Shown piece by piece: positions 1-12,212 of a stretch of DNA of 64,000 bases. The stretch covers positions 58,156,001-58,220,000 of the forward strand of contig NC_135658.1 in the NCBI RefSeq assembly GCF_964188315.1, read 5' to 3'. The translations under genes were made by a program, and so were the position numbers. Position 1 is the stretch's first letter. Each line of letters opens with the position of its first letter. Source of the DNA: Podarcis muralis. Its lineage: Eukaryota. The notes under the pieces were generated by a model, which was given only the letters and a program-made list of their open reading frames with translations, did not search any database and was not told the DNA's origin.

Positions 1-402
1 AGAAGAACCCCTGGACCACCAGGTCCTGTAGGACCAAGGACCATCATGGGAGTTTTCCCAAGACTCAAGAACCAAAGGCCTCCCGCAATACCTAGCCAGT
101 CCAGCAGCACAGAGAAACTATAGACGGGAGGAGTATCCATCTTCAGGCAGGAGAGTTGACCCTTTAAGAATCTGAAGTCTCCACAGTGGGGGAGGGTAGA
201 CTGGAAGCAGAGGCTATAAAAGTCTGTCTGATCTCAATCTCTGTCACAGTAAGTTACTCAACTCAGAACTATCCTTGGTCCTGCAACTCTTTACCTGTCT
301 CGCGCTATGAGACTAGCATCAGACCAGGACACAGCATTGACCTCCCCAAAAATGTTCCACATTCAGTGATGGAAATCCATATTAGAATCTTAGGGTGATA
401 CA
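1..402 (+). mobile_element. Possible LTR fragment (3' part, cut by the window edge)
   Basis: TATA-like GGCTATAAAAG near 213-223, then an R/U5-like tract ending ...GGGTGATACA at 402. No left boundary is visible. Confidence 0.3.
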
Positions 403-489
403 TGAAGATGCTCACAGGAAGCAAAAATATTGAAGATGGAAAGTCTCCAAATATTTATTATAATTAATTAGAGCCCACCTTTTAGGAAT

Positions 490-840
490 CATCATCACCA
501 CTATTAAATTTCTATACCACCCTTCATCTGAGGTTCACAGGGCAGTTTACAACATAAAAACACAAAACAGAGTAACAAACAAAACCTAAACCTACCCCAC
601 AGAGATATGTAACGAAGGCACCATGTGAGCCTGCCTGGGGAGAGTATTCCACAAATGGGGATCCACCAAAGAAAACTTCTGCTACTGTTATTATTACTAC
701 TATTTATTAAATTTCTATGTCGTCCTTCACCTGAAGTTCACAGAGCAGTTTACAATAAACACAAAAATGCATATCATAGTAACAAATGAACACAAAACCC
801 CCAAACACATTGTTTAAAAGGCCATTGTTTAATTAGCCAA
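490..840 (-). mobile_element. Two degraded L2-type 3' tails plus an L2 fragment
   Basis: Two related copies (about 502-570 and 702-770) of 'attaaatttcta..ccttca.ctga.gttcacag.gcagtttacaa', the reverse complement of a squamate L2/L2-SINE 3' end. Confidence 0.5.
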
Positions 841-975
841 AGGCCTGGGAGAAGAGGAAAGTTTTTTGCATTCAGCTTTATGTGCTTGGCCAATAAATAA
901 ATCAAATTTTTTTTCCAGGAAAAAATGATTTTGCACCAGAGGCAGAGTTAGGGCAGCACAATCAGTTCTGCCACA

Positions 976-1890
976 CTCTACCTCTCTTTTAAATCAGAAC
1001 CAGTGAAGGCGGTGAAGGTCCTGTGTGAGTGCCTGGAGGCGGTTGGAGGTTGGATGGCAGCTAACAGATTGAGGTTGAATCGTGACAAGACAGAAGTACT
1101 GTTTTTGGGGGACAGGACGCGGGCTGGTGTGGAGGATTCCCTGGTCCTGAATGGGGTAACTGTGCCCCTGAAGGACCAGGTGCGCAGCCTGGGAGTCATT
1201 CTGGACTCACAGCTGTCCATGGAGGCACAGGTCAAATCTGTGTCCAAGGCAGCTGTTTACCAGCTCCATCTGGTACGTAGGCTGAGACCCTATCTGCCTG
1301 CAGACTGTCTCACCAGAGTGGTACATGCTCTGGTTATCTCCCGCTTGGACTACTGCAATGCACTCTACGTGGGGCTACCTTTGAAGGTGACTCGGAAACT
1401 ACAACTAATCCAGAATGCAGCAGCTAGACTGGTGACTGGGGGCGGCCGCCGAGACCATATAACACCGGTCTTGAAGGACCTACATTGGCTCTCAGTACGT
1501 TTCCGAGCACAATTCAAAGTGTTGGTGCTGACCTTTAAAGCCCTAAACGGCCTCGGTCCAGTATACCTGAAGGAGCGTCTCCACCCCCATCATTCTGCCC
1601 GGATGCTGAGGTCCAGCGCCGAGGGCCTTCTGGCTGTTCCCTCATTGCGAGAAGCAAAGCTACAGGGAACCAGGCAGAGGGCCTTCTCGGTAGTGGCGCC
1701 CGCCCTGTGGAACGCCCTTCCAGCAGATGTCAAAGCGATAAACAACTACCTGACATTCAGAAGACATCTTAAGGCAGCCCTGTTCAGGGAAGTTTTTAAC
1801 GTGTGATATTTTACTGTATTTGTGGTTTTTATGGAAGCCGCCCAGAGTGGCTGGGGAGGCCCAGCCAGATGGGCGGGGTATAAATAATAA

Positions 1891-1924
<34 letters not shown>
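976..1924 (+). mobile_element. 5'-truncated L2-clade LINE (ORF2 C-terminus, 3'UTR, (TTA)n tail) in KDM6A intron 2
   Basis: Uninterrupted frame 976-1806 (LYLSF...WMAANRLRLNRDKTEVL...LGVILDSQLSM...SRLDYCNALYVGLP...LQLIQNAAARL...ITPVLKDLHWL...RAFSVVAPALWNALP), typical of L2 ORF2. Followed by the 3'UTR 'gccgcccagagtggctgggg' and (TTA)n at about 1890-1924. Confidence 0.92.
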
Positions 1925-1925
<1 letters not shown>

Positions 1926-3380
1926 TCAGCAGGAAGCTAAGGAGGTGCCACAGGGCTTCACAACTAGTATATTTAGCAGAATGGAAGGCTAGAGGTGCAG
2001 TTGCTGAATTTTGGACTCTCACAGGGCACTGCTGAAATTTGAAAAACCTAAGTTGGCCCTGATTGCACCCAATGTGTTTTGATTACAGGCAACAACCAAT
2101 CAACACACGTCCAAAAGATGCGTGATCACGCACATGGGTGTGGTGGCAAACTTGAACATGACTTGAAAAAGTCATGAAAAGGGCGGGACAGGGGCGTGAC
2201 GTGGTGGAACAGGATATGACATACTTATACACGCTTGTGGGCCAGGAACAGAACTCCCACACAAAATGGTCGTTAACTGTGCAATTTTTGCTTTAGGAGT
2301 GATCCCCAGAACATAACCCCCACATAAGTTGTGGGATTACTGAATAAGAAACCCTGTATATGTTTCAGGTTAGGCAAGGCCCAGCTCTAACATTTATGCA
2401 ACATCTGTATAGCTACTTACTTTAAAAGATTTTTTAAAATTTACAAAATTTGCTATTAATTTAATTTATGCTCAAGCTTTCTTCATGCAAGTGGCCTTAA
2501 AACTGAATAAACTTTCACTTTTTTAAAGTAATAAGCTAAATGGTTTTCCAAGGCATTTCCAAGCTGGAAAGAACTCTCAACCCCCAATGCTTTTTTCTAC
2601 CTTCTCCACCTTTCTCCACCTGGAAAGGCAAAGTAGTTGAGAAAGAACCACAAAGATCATCCCTGTACATGCTTCTGTCTCTCTACCTGGACACAGACCT
2701 TATTCCCCTCTCTGAGACTTTTCAAGAGAGACAGAGCAAATGCCCACATTTGAGTTTCTGTTATTGAAAGACAGACTATAAATTGCAAATAAACTAGCTT
2801 GAAAAGACAAGATAGGATAGAGATGGAGAGGTGAAGAGAAATGTCTTCCCCCATGTGGCTTTAGCCTGCTACTTATCAGTGATGGTGCCAAAGAATAGTG
2901 GCTAACGCAAAACAACTCACAATACAGTGAAATATTGCTAGGCCAGTGAGACTAGTTTATTGAGAACAGTTCAAAAATGCATGAATCAATGCAGGTGGTG
3001 CAGTCTTATAGATATCTTCTCCCGCAGATCCAGAAAAAGAAAAGGAGGGAGGAAAACAGGCTTCCTGAAGTTCAGACTTTGCTGAGCATCAAATGGAGGA
3101 ATATGAACACAAAATCTTACAACCTTAATATCTATTTTAATGACCCAGGTAGGAGAATCAGCACATACGTATACATGCCCTGGCCCTTCAATAAATGACA
3201 GCAATTAGCCAAACATATGAGGGTAAGATTTGATACCTTATGTCCTGATTTGGATAGGTTCCAGTTTGGGTATTATCGAATATAGGAAGATCATGAAATA
3301 ATACCCACATTTAGAACTTGGATACTGGAGCCATTTCTGCTTGTTTAGGGAGTTACTTGTACATTACTGGATCTCAGATA

Positions 3381-3623
3381 TAGTCATACCTCGAGTTGAA
3401 TGTGCTTCAGGTTGAGCGCTTTCGGGTTGCACTCCAGACGTAACGGAGCGCGTTACTTCCAGGTTTCGCCACTCGCGCATGCACAGACAGTCAAAATGAC
3501 GTCACGCACATGTGCGGAAGCGGCAAAACGTGACCCGCGCAGACGCACCGTTGCGTCTTACATTCTATTCAGGATGTGGACGGGGCTCTGGAATGGATCC
3601 CATTCACATCCCGAGGTACCACT
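3381..3623. mobile_element. Tc1/mariner (Tigger-like) MITE
   Basis: Degenerate TIRs (T)AGTCATACCTCG ... CGAGGTACCACT, with TA at the left end. Confidence 0.6.
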
Positions 3624-4650
3624 TAGTTTTGTTGTGTTGTTCCCACTCTGTAAACATCAATTCCGCTTCATAAGATGGCTCCTCTGCACCACTGTTAAGT
3701 GCCTAGTCCTAACTACTACTAGCAGACTGACAATAACGTAACAAACCCCTAGTTACTTCCTGAATGAAACATAATCAGGAACACACAAAAACAGAACAGT
3801 GTATGGAAATTATTGTCCTCATATACCTGTGCGTCTCAGTCTAACCCTTCCAGTAAATGGCAATGAAGTGAAGTCAGACATGAGCAGGAAACAGGAGGAG
3901 GGTTTACCCCCGCTTCTCACTCCTTAGAATTTTCCTCTCACTTCCATCTATTTCACACAATGAGTACAAACTGTGGCTAATCTTGTCAGCAGGTACATGA
4001 GGGTGGGGGTTTGTTCCCATTCTCTTACTAAATAGCCTGTTGGGTTAGATTAGTTGCAACCATTGATTTACAAGATCCAAGAGAAGTGTTCACAAGGGAA
4101 CGATGAGCACCACTATAGTCCTTTAGTTAACTGCCACTCCTCCTACAACCATGGAGAAAAGGTCTTTCAAAAATAAAGCACTGGTTAAATAAAGCACTGT
4201 GGTAACCACAACTGTAATAACTGCTGAGGAAGTTCCATCCACAGGTTCTTACAAACAACCAAATGCTTCACATCATAATTTACCATACACAAAGCGCCAA
4301 TGAAGGCCTTCAGGAATCCATAACACTGGACACAGAGAACTCAAGAAATTATCCTTAAGGAGTCTATCCCTTCTATGAGCAATACCTTTAATCTATATTA
4401 GTGCAGCAATCTGAATCCTATCTGATAAGAAAATATGTTTATTGTTTGAATCGTAATTGCACTAAAATTTAAGACCTGTAATTCCACCTTCAGCTTTTAG
4501 TTTGCCAAGCAAATTAAAACTGCAGTCATTCTAAACTTTAGCTTTTTAAGGTGCTCCCGCAACACATTCATCAGAGTGCTCCCAAATAGTTCAAATCTAA
4601 TTATAATAGCAAGTTATAAAACTGTATATATAAAATTATTATATAAAATT

Positions 4651-4675
4651 ATATATGTATGTATGTGTGTATGTA

Positions 4676-4712
<37 letters not shown>
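4651..4712. repeat. Compound microsatellite (TATG)n(TG)n(TA)n
   Basis: Read directly from the sequence. Confidence 0.95.
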
Positions 4713-6653
4713 TTAAATCAAGTAGAGATTAAAAGGCTAAATTATTATAATCATTCAGTATACTTCCTATTAGAGAAAAATGGAAAATATGAATGTGAAC
4801 AAGAGATCTAAAAATTGTGATTCTCTTAAAAATATATACGCAAATGAAATACAAGTTGTAATTCTGAAAATGTAATAGCAGACTGTGTAAAAATGATGTA
4901 GCTATCTTATGGCCATATGCCAAAACATAAGGTGGCTGAAAAGAACTAACCAACTTCAAGATTTATACTTTAATATACAATGACAAAAAATGATCCAGAA
5001 TGATGTATATATTTATTCCTTCATATTTCCATGAACAGACGTTAAGAAAAAGAAAAAGATCACTATTGATGCCCAAAAAGAAAAAAGACTTTTTTGGATG
5101 TGTGGATATATTAATTGGGGTGTGTCAAAGCTTAATTTAGGGAGCACACTCAGAGTTTCTTATGCATTTTTACATATTTTGGCTATTCTTGGTACATGTG
5201 TACACACACGTACACACTCTCCAAATAAAGTACTGGCCTAAAGTATAGCATCACCTCTTAGATTACAATCTTTGGCTGTATGAGTGTATCAGTTTTGATG
5301 GTCCACAGCTTATTTAAGGGTGCACACCCCTAGTTCTTTATTCTCTTATTTAGGCATGATGGCACCATGTTCTTGTGAAACCCTGGAATCATTGATTGAA
5401 AGAATGATTGTTTTTAACTGTTTTTAGAATGTTTTTATTGTTATTGATATGTCTGCCACACTGGGAGGAAGAGACGGATATAAATGAAATGAAATAAAAT
5501 AAAATAAATGATAACTAGTGAAAATGATAATAATATAATGAAACACTCCCTAATTATAGTTTGATATAAATTTTATGGATGTAGATGCACAATAGGAGGA
5601 TGGCCAATGGCCATTTTGGAATATTGCTTCCTTAGACCTGTGCCAACCTGCATATGATGTCTATCTAATTTTGATCATTCCAGACTTGCATTCTATCCAA
5701 GTATAAAATGCCACCAGGAATGGCATTCCTACAGAAATCTCTTACAGGTACAGGACTATCACTGGTATCTCAGTGATCATTCTGATTCATAGTGTTTGTA
5801 GGAAAGTTTCCATTATTGTAGCTAAATTAGGCCTCAATCCAGGGAGTCACAGAATGAGCTCCACATGAGAAGTCACATTTCTAAGGCTGTAGTCCTATGC
5901 ATTACCTAGGAGTTAAGTCCCTCTGAAACCAGTAGGACTTAATTCTGAGAAAACAAGCATAGGGTTGCAGGACATTTTCCAGAACTCCTTGTGTAAATGC
6001 AATATGACCACACATTCAACAAAAGACTTGCAGGATATTCAGAAGAGACTCCTGAGCTGCATGGGGAAAGTGAGAAATCAAATTTCTGTAAGGCAATGTC
6101 TAGCTTATGTCACAATGAGAAGCTGATTCTGTCCTGCAAGAGATATTTCCTTTTTTGTTGTTAAACCATCAATTCAATTTACATGAAACGGCTTACTTTT
6201 TTAGAAATGCGACAAATAAATAAATTACAGAATATCACTGTCTAAATACCTCAGATCACAACATTACCAAAATATGACTAAGCGAAATCTATTTTTAAAA
6301 AATATTGGCTTTTTAACCATCCTGTATCACCAAACAGGAAAAAAAAATCCACGAGAAATCAATCTGATTTATTTCCAAATAGAAGCAGTAAGGACCTAAC
6401 GATAAGTTACACATTCTCTGATAATCCTAGTCACACATGTGTTTGCAAAACTAGACTATTATATTGAATAAGTGCAAAAATAAATTAACAGAATGAAACT
6501 TAGTGTATCCATTGCATGAACAGTATGTCCATTACATTCTATTAAAAAAACATTGACAAACCTATTGGTTATGGCCTAATTTTATCAATGCACTAAATAA
6601 AAACATAGTCAATTACCATCATACTAACTTCAGTCAATATGACTTCTGTTATA

Positions 6654-6866
6654 CAGTGGTACCTCTGGTTACATACTTAATTCGTTCCGGAGGTCCGTTC
6701 TTAACCTGAAACTGTTCTTAACCTGAAGCACCACTTTAGTTAATGGGGCCTCCTGCTGCTGCCGCGCAATTTCTGTTCTCATCCGGAAGCAAAGTTCTTA
6801 ACCAAAGGTACTATTTCTGGGTTAGCAGTCTGTAACCTGAAGCGTATGTAACCCAAGGTACCACTG
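6654..6866. mobile_element. Tigger-like MITE (CAGTGGTACC family), copy 1
   Basis: TIR CAGTGGTACCTC ... AAGGTACCACTG with a TA TSD on both sides. Internal 'ttcttaacctgaa' repeats are shared with the copies at 24627, 29414 and 58108. Confidence 0.9.
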
Positions 6867-9800
6867 TATACACACCCAATGTACCAATGAATTGCTGCCT
6901 TAAAAAAGAGAAAAGAAAATAAACAGAAGACTAAAATGCATGAAACTGTAGTGGAGACCTTAAAATAAAATACATTTCACTCCATGCAACTGTCTTTGAA
7001 ACAAAGTTGTTCCAACAGTAAACAAGAATTCCCATGAAACATTAGGGTAACAAACCATAAACATTATACAAAGTACTGGCAAAAATGACTGAGGATGGAT
7101 GCAAAGTGCACTGAATATATCTGATGGCAAATTCTATCTAACCCTACGCATAGGCATACCTCTCATTGCATAACAGTAAAACCTTACTTAAGAGCTTCCT
7201 TGGCAATATATTATCACTGACATTAGCATATCAACCTCTGGGTATGAGTGAGAAAGAAGTTGCCCTCTGCTGCAAGGAGAAAACACCAACCTACAAACAT
7301 GGGTATAGATATTTAAATATTTAGGCTTCTGACCTAATATGCAATGAACATTACCTTTACACATACTTTAGAAAGAAATATAAATGCAATGTATTTACAC
7401 ACAGTTATTCAACATACTGAATCTAGTTGGCACACTAGTCAGCAGTATAAATAGATTTTATACTAGAATTTCTTATATTTAATTGTGCATGGGGGAGGGG
7501 TGACCCAGGATAATATTGGGCCTACCATACTTCTTTAACGTGCCCTTTAAGCCTGAAAGGTTCGAGCACCATACTATCACAAATCTCATTAGAATAAGGT
7601 CTACAGTATAACAAAACAATTGCTGCAGCACAAATAGAAACCTAAGCAAGTGCACAGAGGAACTAGAAGATCCAAAAACCAGAGTGCAATAGCAGAAGCT
7701 TGCTTATCATATACACCCACCAATGCCTAACTGCAAGCCAGGAAGTAAGAGTCATCATACTGCCCTGCCCCCATATTAAGAACAGAAGCAGATGCACTAG
7801 CCTTATCCAAAGCAGGGTATCAGGGAAATATTTGCAACACTTTTTTCCTATCAGCTCAATGCTTCAAATGAAGAACTGCTTGTAAACATTAAATCGGACC
7901 CTGAGGATTTGTTTACACTAGTATTTCACTTGGTATGAGAAGTACAAAAAGCATATTCCTGTGCTGTTCATCCCCCCCCCCCCCCGTACAGAGTAGAAAA
8001 TGCATTCTGCATGGGGAAATTAAGAGCAGAATCAGACATATATCATAGTTTAAATATCCCTTTCTGCACCTTAGATCAAGAAACATAATTTTCATATCCA
8101 ACAAAAAAAGTGGAACTTCTTACAACAGGCCTAGAAAAGTGCTCCTGAGAGACTGCCATTGTTGTCACTAGGTACCATACACTTAAATGTACTTGCATGT
8201 TCTAAAACTGTACTGATTAGCAAACTTGAAGCAACACTGTTTACATAAAAAAAACTAACAGTGGGGGAGGGGGAGTAAAATAGACTCAGAATAATGACAT
8301 TATGAACTTGCTCCTATCATAAACCACAAGCTTACCTGAGCGAGTAACTATGACAAAAAACTTAAAGATGCCAATCCATAGGACAGATATCTCAGGATTA
8401 TCATGGACCCAGGAAGTAACCCAACAGGAAAGTCGTTTAGGTTCCCCCACAACTCTGATACTTTGCTCAATAGCAAAATAGAACCTAGTTATTTTCTGAC
8501 ACAAAAGTCAGACTCTCCACACAGGCAGTTTTTCCTCTGAAATTGTTCAGCACCTCATAGGCCTGGCCTTGTGCATCTGAAAAGGCCCACAGCCCTCACC
8601 AGAACTACTGATGAACAATGTAAATGAACCCAGGCTGAAACCTAACTGGCTGCTTAGATCTTGCCTTTTAAAAAACTATTATAACTCAGAGGAAGCAATT
8701 CGTTCCCAGATGGTTTGGATTGGTGTTATCATCTAAGAATGAAGAGTTCTACACCATGACCATGACCATTACCTACTACACATAAGGCATAAATTGTTGC
8801 ACCATCCATGGTTTTGACACAAACTATTGGTGAACTTACTGGTTTTTTGCTATGTCAGCCATGAGCTTTACATTTATACACATGTTTGACTATGACCAAC
8901 TTTCAATGAAGCTCTTCACTGCAATCTTTGCCTGGTGACAGCCCATTCTGGAAAGTAAGCCCCCAACCACATAAGGCCTGGGACATCACTCTTTCAACAG
9001 AACCCATCTGTTTTAAATCCATCTGTCCTAATTTGCAATTTCTGCATATTTTTAATTTAGGCTACAACACTGTCCCCACTTACCATGGAGTAAGCCCTAA
9101 CCAACTCAATGAGACTTATTTTGGAGTAAGCATGCATAGGATTAACCTGAATATATTTTCATATTCAGAAACGTCAATCCACACCATACAATGACAAGAT
9201 AACAATATACTATCCATTTTCATGTATACTCTAGCAATGTTACCCAATTGTTGGGCTCTGCTCAATAGGAAAAGAAACCTTCTCATTCTAACCCTTAAAA
9301 TCCACAAGTACCAAACTCTGTTTTAACAACGTCACAAGAACCTAAGCCTCAAGTTATATACAAAAGATAAATACACATTTGAACTAAATATACAAGAAAA
9401 ATGAAAACACATTAGTTATATCATGTGATATTAAAAAGAACACAATACCAAAAGTACTCAGGCTGTTCGTCTTTGCAGATTGCGGCCTAACATTTTAAGC
9501 AGCAGAAACTCATCCATTTTTTTAAACATATGTGTCTTATCCTAAAACAGTTTTCAGTAAGATTTCAAATTCTGATAGTCTCTAACATACCAGAAACTAT
9601 ATACGCACAGCAGATTTTTTAAAAATTAAAATAACTACTTAAACATTAAATGCTTTGGAGAACCTGTCTATTTTAACAATGCAACGAAAGCCAATAGAAC
9701 AGAGGAAAGTGCCATTACATAAAACAAAACAGACATACCCACATAAAAAAATCATTCACAACGTAGTAAGTTCACCAGTTACACCAAAAGGAAAAAAAAT

Positions 9801-11087
9801 GTAAGCAAGCATTAAGGTCTAAAGTAGACTATTAAATCCAAATGGGAATGCCAATTTTAAAATAAGGAAATAATTTCATTTATATCCAGTCCAAAACATT
9901 AAGATGTCAAAATATAGACTCTAGCTCTGAAAATGCAGTGTCAAATGAATCAGCATTATAGCCTTTCTTGCAGCATAATAATGGTTAAAACTGTCCAGAA
10001 AATTAAATGGTCATATCTAGCTGCATGCTCCACAGGTTGATGCCGTTTATCCATGCTGTAAAAGTGCAATATTCTACTTTAGAAAACCGGAAGCAGGAGC
10101 TCTCAATACATTAGTGGGATTTGCAGCTCCAAAAAGCCACACTCTTCAACTGATATACATATTCATCCCTACTATTTATTTCCCTGTTTACCTCCTCCCA
10201 CCCTGTTCTTTCCCCTCCCTATCCGGCCATCTTGGGCAGTCAGGAGCAGCCATTAGTTAACTAAATGACAGGACCAAGAACTTTTTTAAATATAGGAACA
10301 AGATTTCTCTTCACACGCTCAGGTGAGCAGCAACAGCCTCTCCCCCATGGCCTGACAAAACAGCATGATGAGGCGAAAAGCCTGGGAGAGAAGACTCACT
10401 CAAGGAAGATGCACTTGGGGAGGAAGATGGCTCGAGAGTAAACAAATCACTTGGCGACTGACTCCCCAAAGTGACACACCATGGAAGAAAAGGGATCCCG
10501 CTTCTTCTAAAGCCCTTCTTTCGTGCTTATATGCATTAAGTTGGGTCGCTTCGGTCCTGTCCAGCTTTATGAGTAAATATGAGCAAAAGGGCTTTAAAAA
10601 GCCAGGGGGGGGGGGAGGTCCAAGGTGGCCAATGGCAGATAAGGAACGCCCGATCTCCCGATTATTCGCGAGGTTGCTCCCAGCTGGAGGGATTCAGGCC
10701 AGATGCGCAGGCACTCTCTGTCCTACTTTTTGGACAAAGCCCAGAAAGTGACCGAGAGCAGCTTTCCACGCCACGCGCCCCTCTCTTCCCCCTCCGCGCC
10801 CAGGGGAGCAGAGGGAGGCACCTCCGGGCACCACACGCGCGCCAAGAGAGCCATTCTCGTCCGAAAGCCAGGGAAAGAGGTGGTGGCCACGCAGGGCAGG
10901 CTCGACCCAAGTCTCCTGGCGAGTCCCACGGGCGCGCTGCTGCGGCGGCGGTTTAATTCCTCCAGCTCTGCTCCCCCCACACACACAACCCACACACACA
11001 CAAGCCCACACAACACACGCGAGGGGAGGGTGGCTCCCTCGTCGGTTGCCTCCTCCCCACCCCCACCAGAGCCCAATCCCCCCTTAC

Positions 11088-11151
11088 CTTTAACAGCAAG
11101 GCCTTCGTTCTGGCGCCATCTTCATGAAGCCTCTGAAATCCGAAGAGTCGG
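11088..11151 (-). CDS. KDM6A: Lysine demethylase 6A (UTX), coding exon 2 (64 nt); exon 3 lies beyond the left edge
   Basis: Acceptor cttctgcag|, donor aag|gtaagg. Encodes (S)[21 protein letters not shown] versus human [21 protein letters not shown]. The 64-nt length matches the recalled human exon 2. Confidence 0.96.
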
Positions 11152-11447
11152 CTGCAGAAGGGGGGAGACGGGAGAGAGACAGGCTGAGAAAAACAGCCGC
11201 GTCCGCCGAGAGGCTGCCCCCCTCGCCCGCCCCACACGGACGCCTTCATCCGCTCCCTCGCGCTCGCCGCCCGCGCTCCGACCTGACGAGAGCACCACAA
11301 CCGCCGCCGCTCTTTTTTATATTCCCCTCTCTCTCTCTCCCACACACACACACACGCGCGCACACACACACACAAGACACACACACACACCCCGGCCGAG
11401 CGAGAACACCGGACGAGCCGGAGCGCGGCGGCTGCCGTTGGGGGTAC

Positions 11448-11608
11448 CTGTCGAGGCCGGCGAGGACTTCTCTTTCCTCCGCTGTCAGGCTGGCGAAGTC
11501 CTCCTCGCTCTGGCCGCTCGCTTTCCCCGCCGCCATTTTCTTTTCCTCATCACCGAAAGAAGCAGTAGAGGCGGCGGCGGCGGCGAGCGACACTCCACAC
11601 GATTTCAT
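11448..11608 (-). CDS. KDM6A: Lysine demethylase 6A (UTX), coding exon 1 (161 nt)
   Basis: [53 protein letters not shown](S) matches the KDM6A N-terminus. Donor cag|gtaccc; 296-nt intron 1. Confidence 0.97.
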
Positions 11609-12099
11609 GGAAACGCAGCGCAATTAACTCGCGATCGCAAGGCCCCCCCTCCCCGCGCGCCCACCCCGAGGCCCCCCCAGTGCCGGGCGGGGCGGGGTGC
11701 CCGACACACACACGCCACCAACACAACTTTTATTACAACAACAACAGCCGGCAGGGAGGGGGAGGGAGAGGGAGAGGCGGGGGGGAGCCCCGCTGCTCGG
11801 AGGAGGAGGAGGGAGGGAGGGAGAGAGGGAGGGAGGGAAGGAGCCCCAGCGCTGGAGACGCGGGGGGGAGGCAGGAGGGGGAGGAGAATAAGGAGGAGGA
11901 GGAGGCGGCTGCTGTTGCTGCTGCTGGCGGCGGTGACGGCGGCGGAGCAGTGTTTACATCGCTGCTGAGCCGCCAGCCCCGGCGGCGAGGAGTGAGTGGA
12001 GTCGGAGTGACAGGGGCCCGCGCGCGCCCGCGCGGGGTGTATTTGTTGCCTGTACAAACTTCCCCAGCAGCTGCACAAAGTTGTTGTAATTGTGTCACA
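11609..12099 (-). other. KDM6A: KDM6A 5'UTR, with probable TSS near 12099
   Basis: The minus strand starts GTGTGACACAATTACAACAACTTTGTGC..GGGGAAGTTTGT, which I recall as the 5' end of human KDM6A mRNA. The GCTGCGTTTCC ATG context is also shared. Confidence 0.75.
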
Positions 12100-12162
12100 C
12101 AGCGAACCCCACGCCGCCACCGTGACCCCCCCTCCCCACCCCGCTTGCCTGTGCCCACGCAG

Positions 12163-12212
12163 CCAATCGCCGCGCCCAGCCGCGCCCACGTGACCTTTGT
12201 TGACTTACGTCA
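12163..12212 (-). promoter_or_regulatory. KDM6A: KDM6A proximal promoter motifs: CCAAT, E-box, CRE-like
   Basis: CCAAT 12163-12167, GTCACGTG/CACGTG 12187-12192 and TGACGTAA (TTACGTCA on +) 12205-12212, clustered 60-115 bp upstream of the inferred TSS. Confidence 0.6.
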
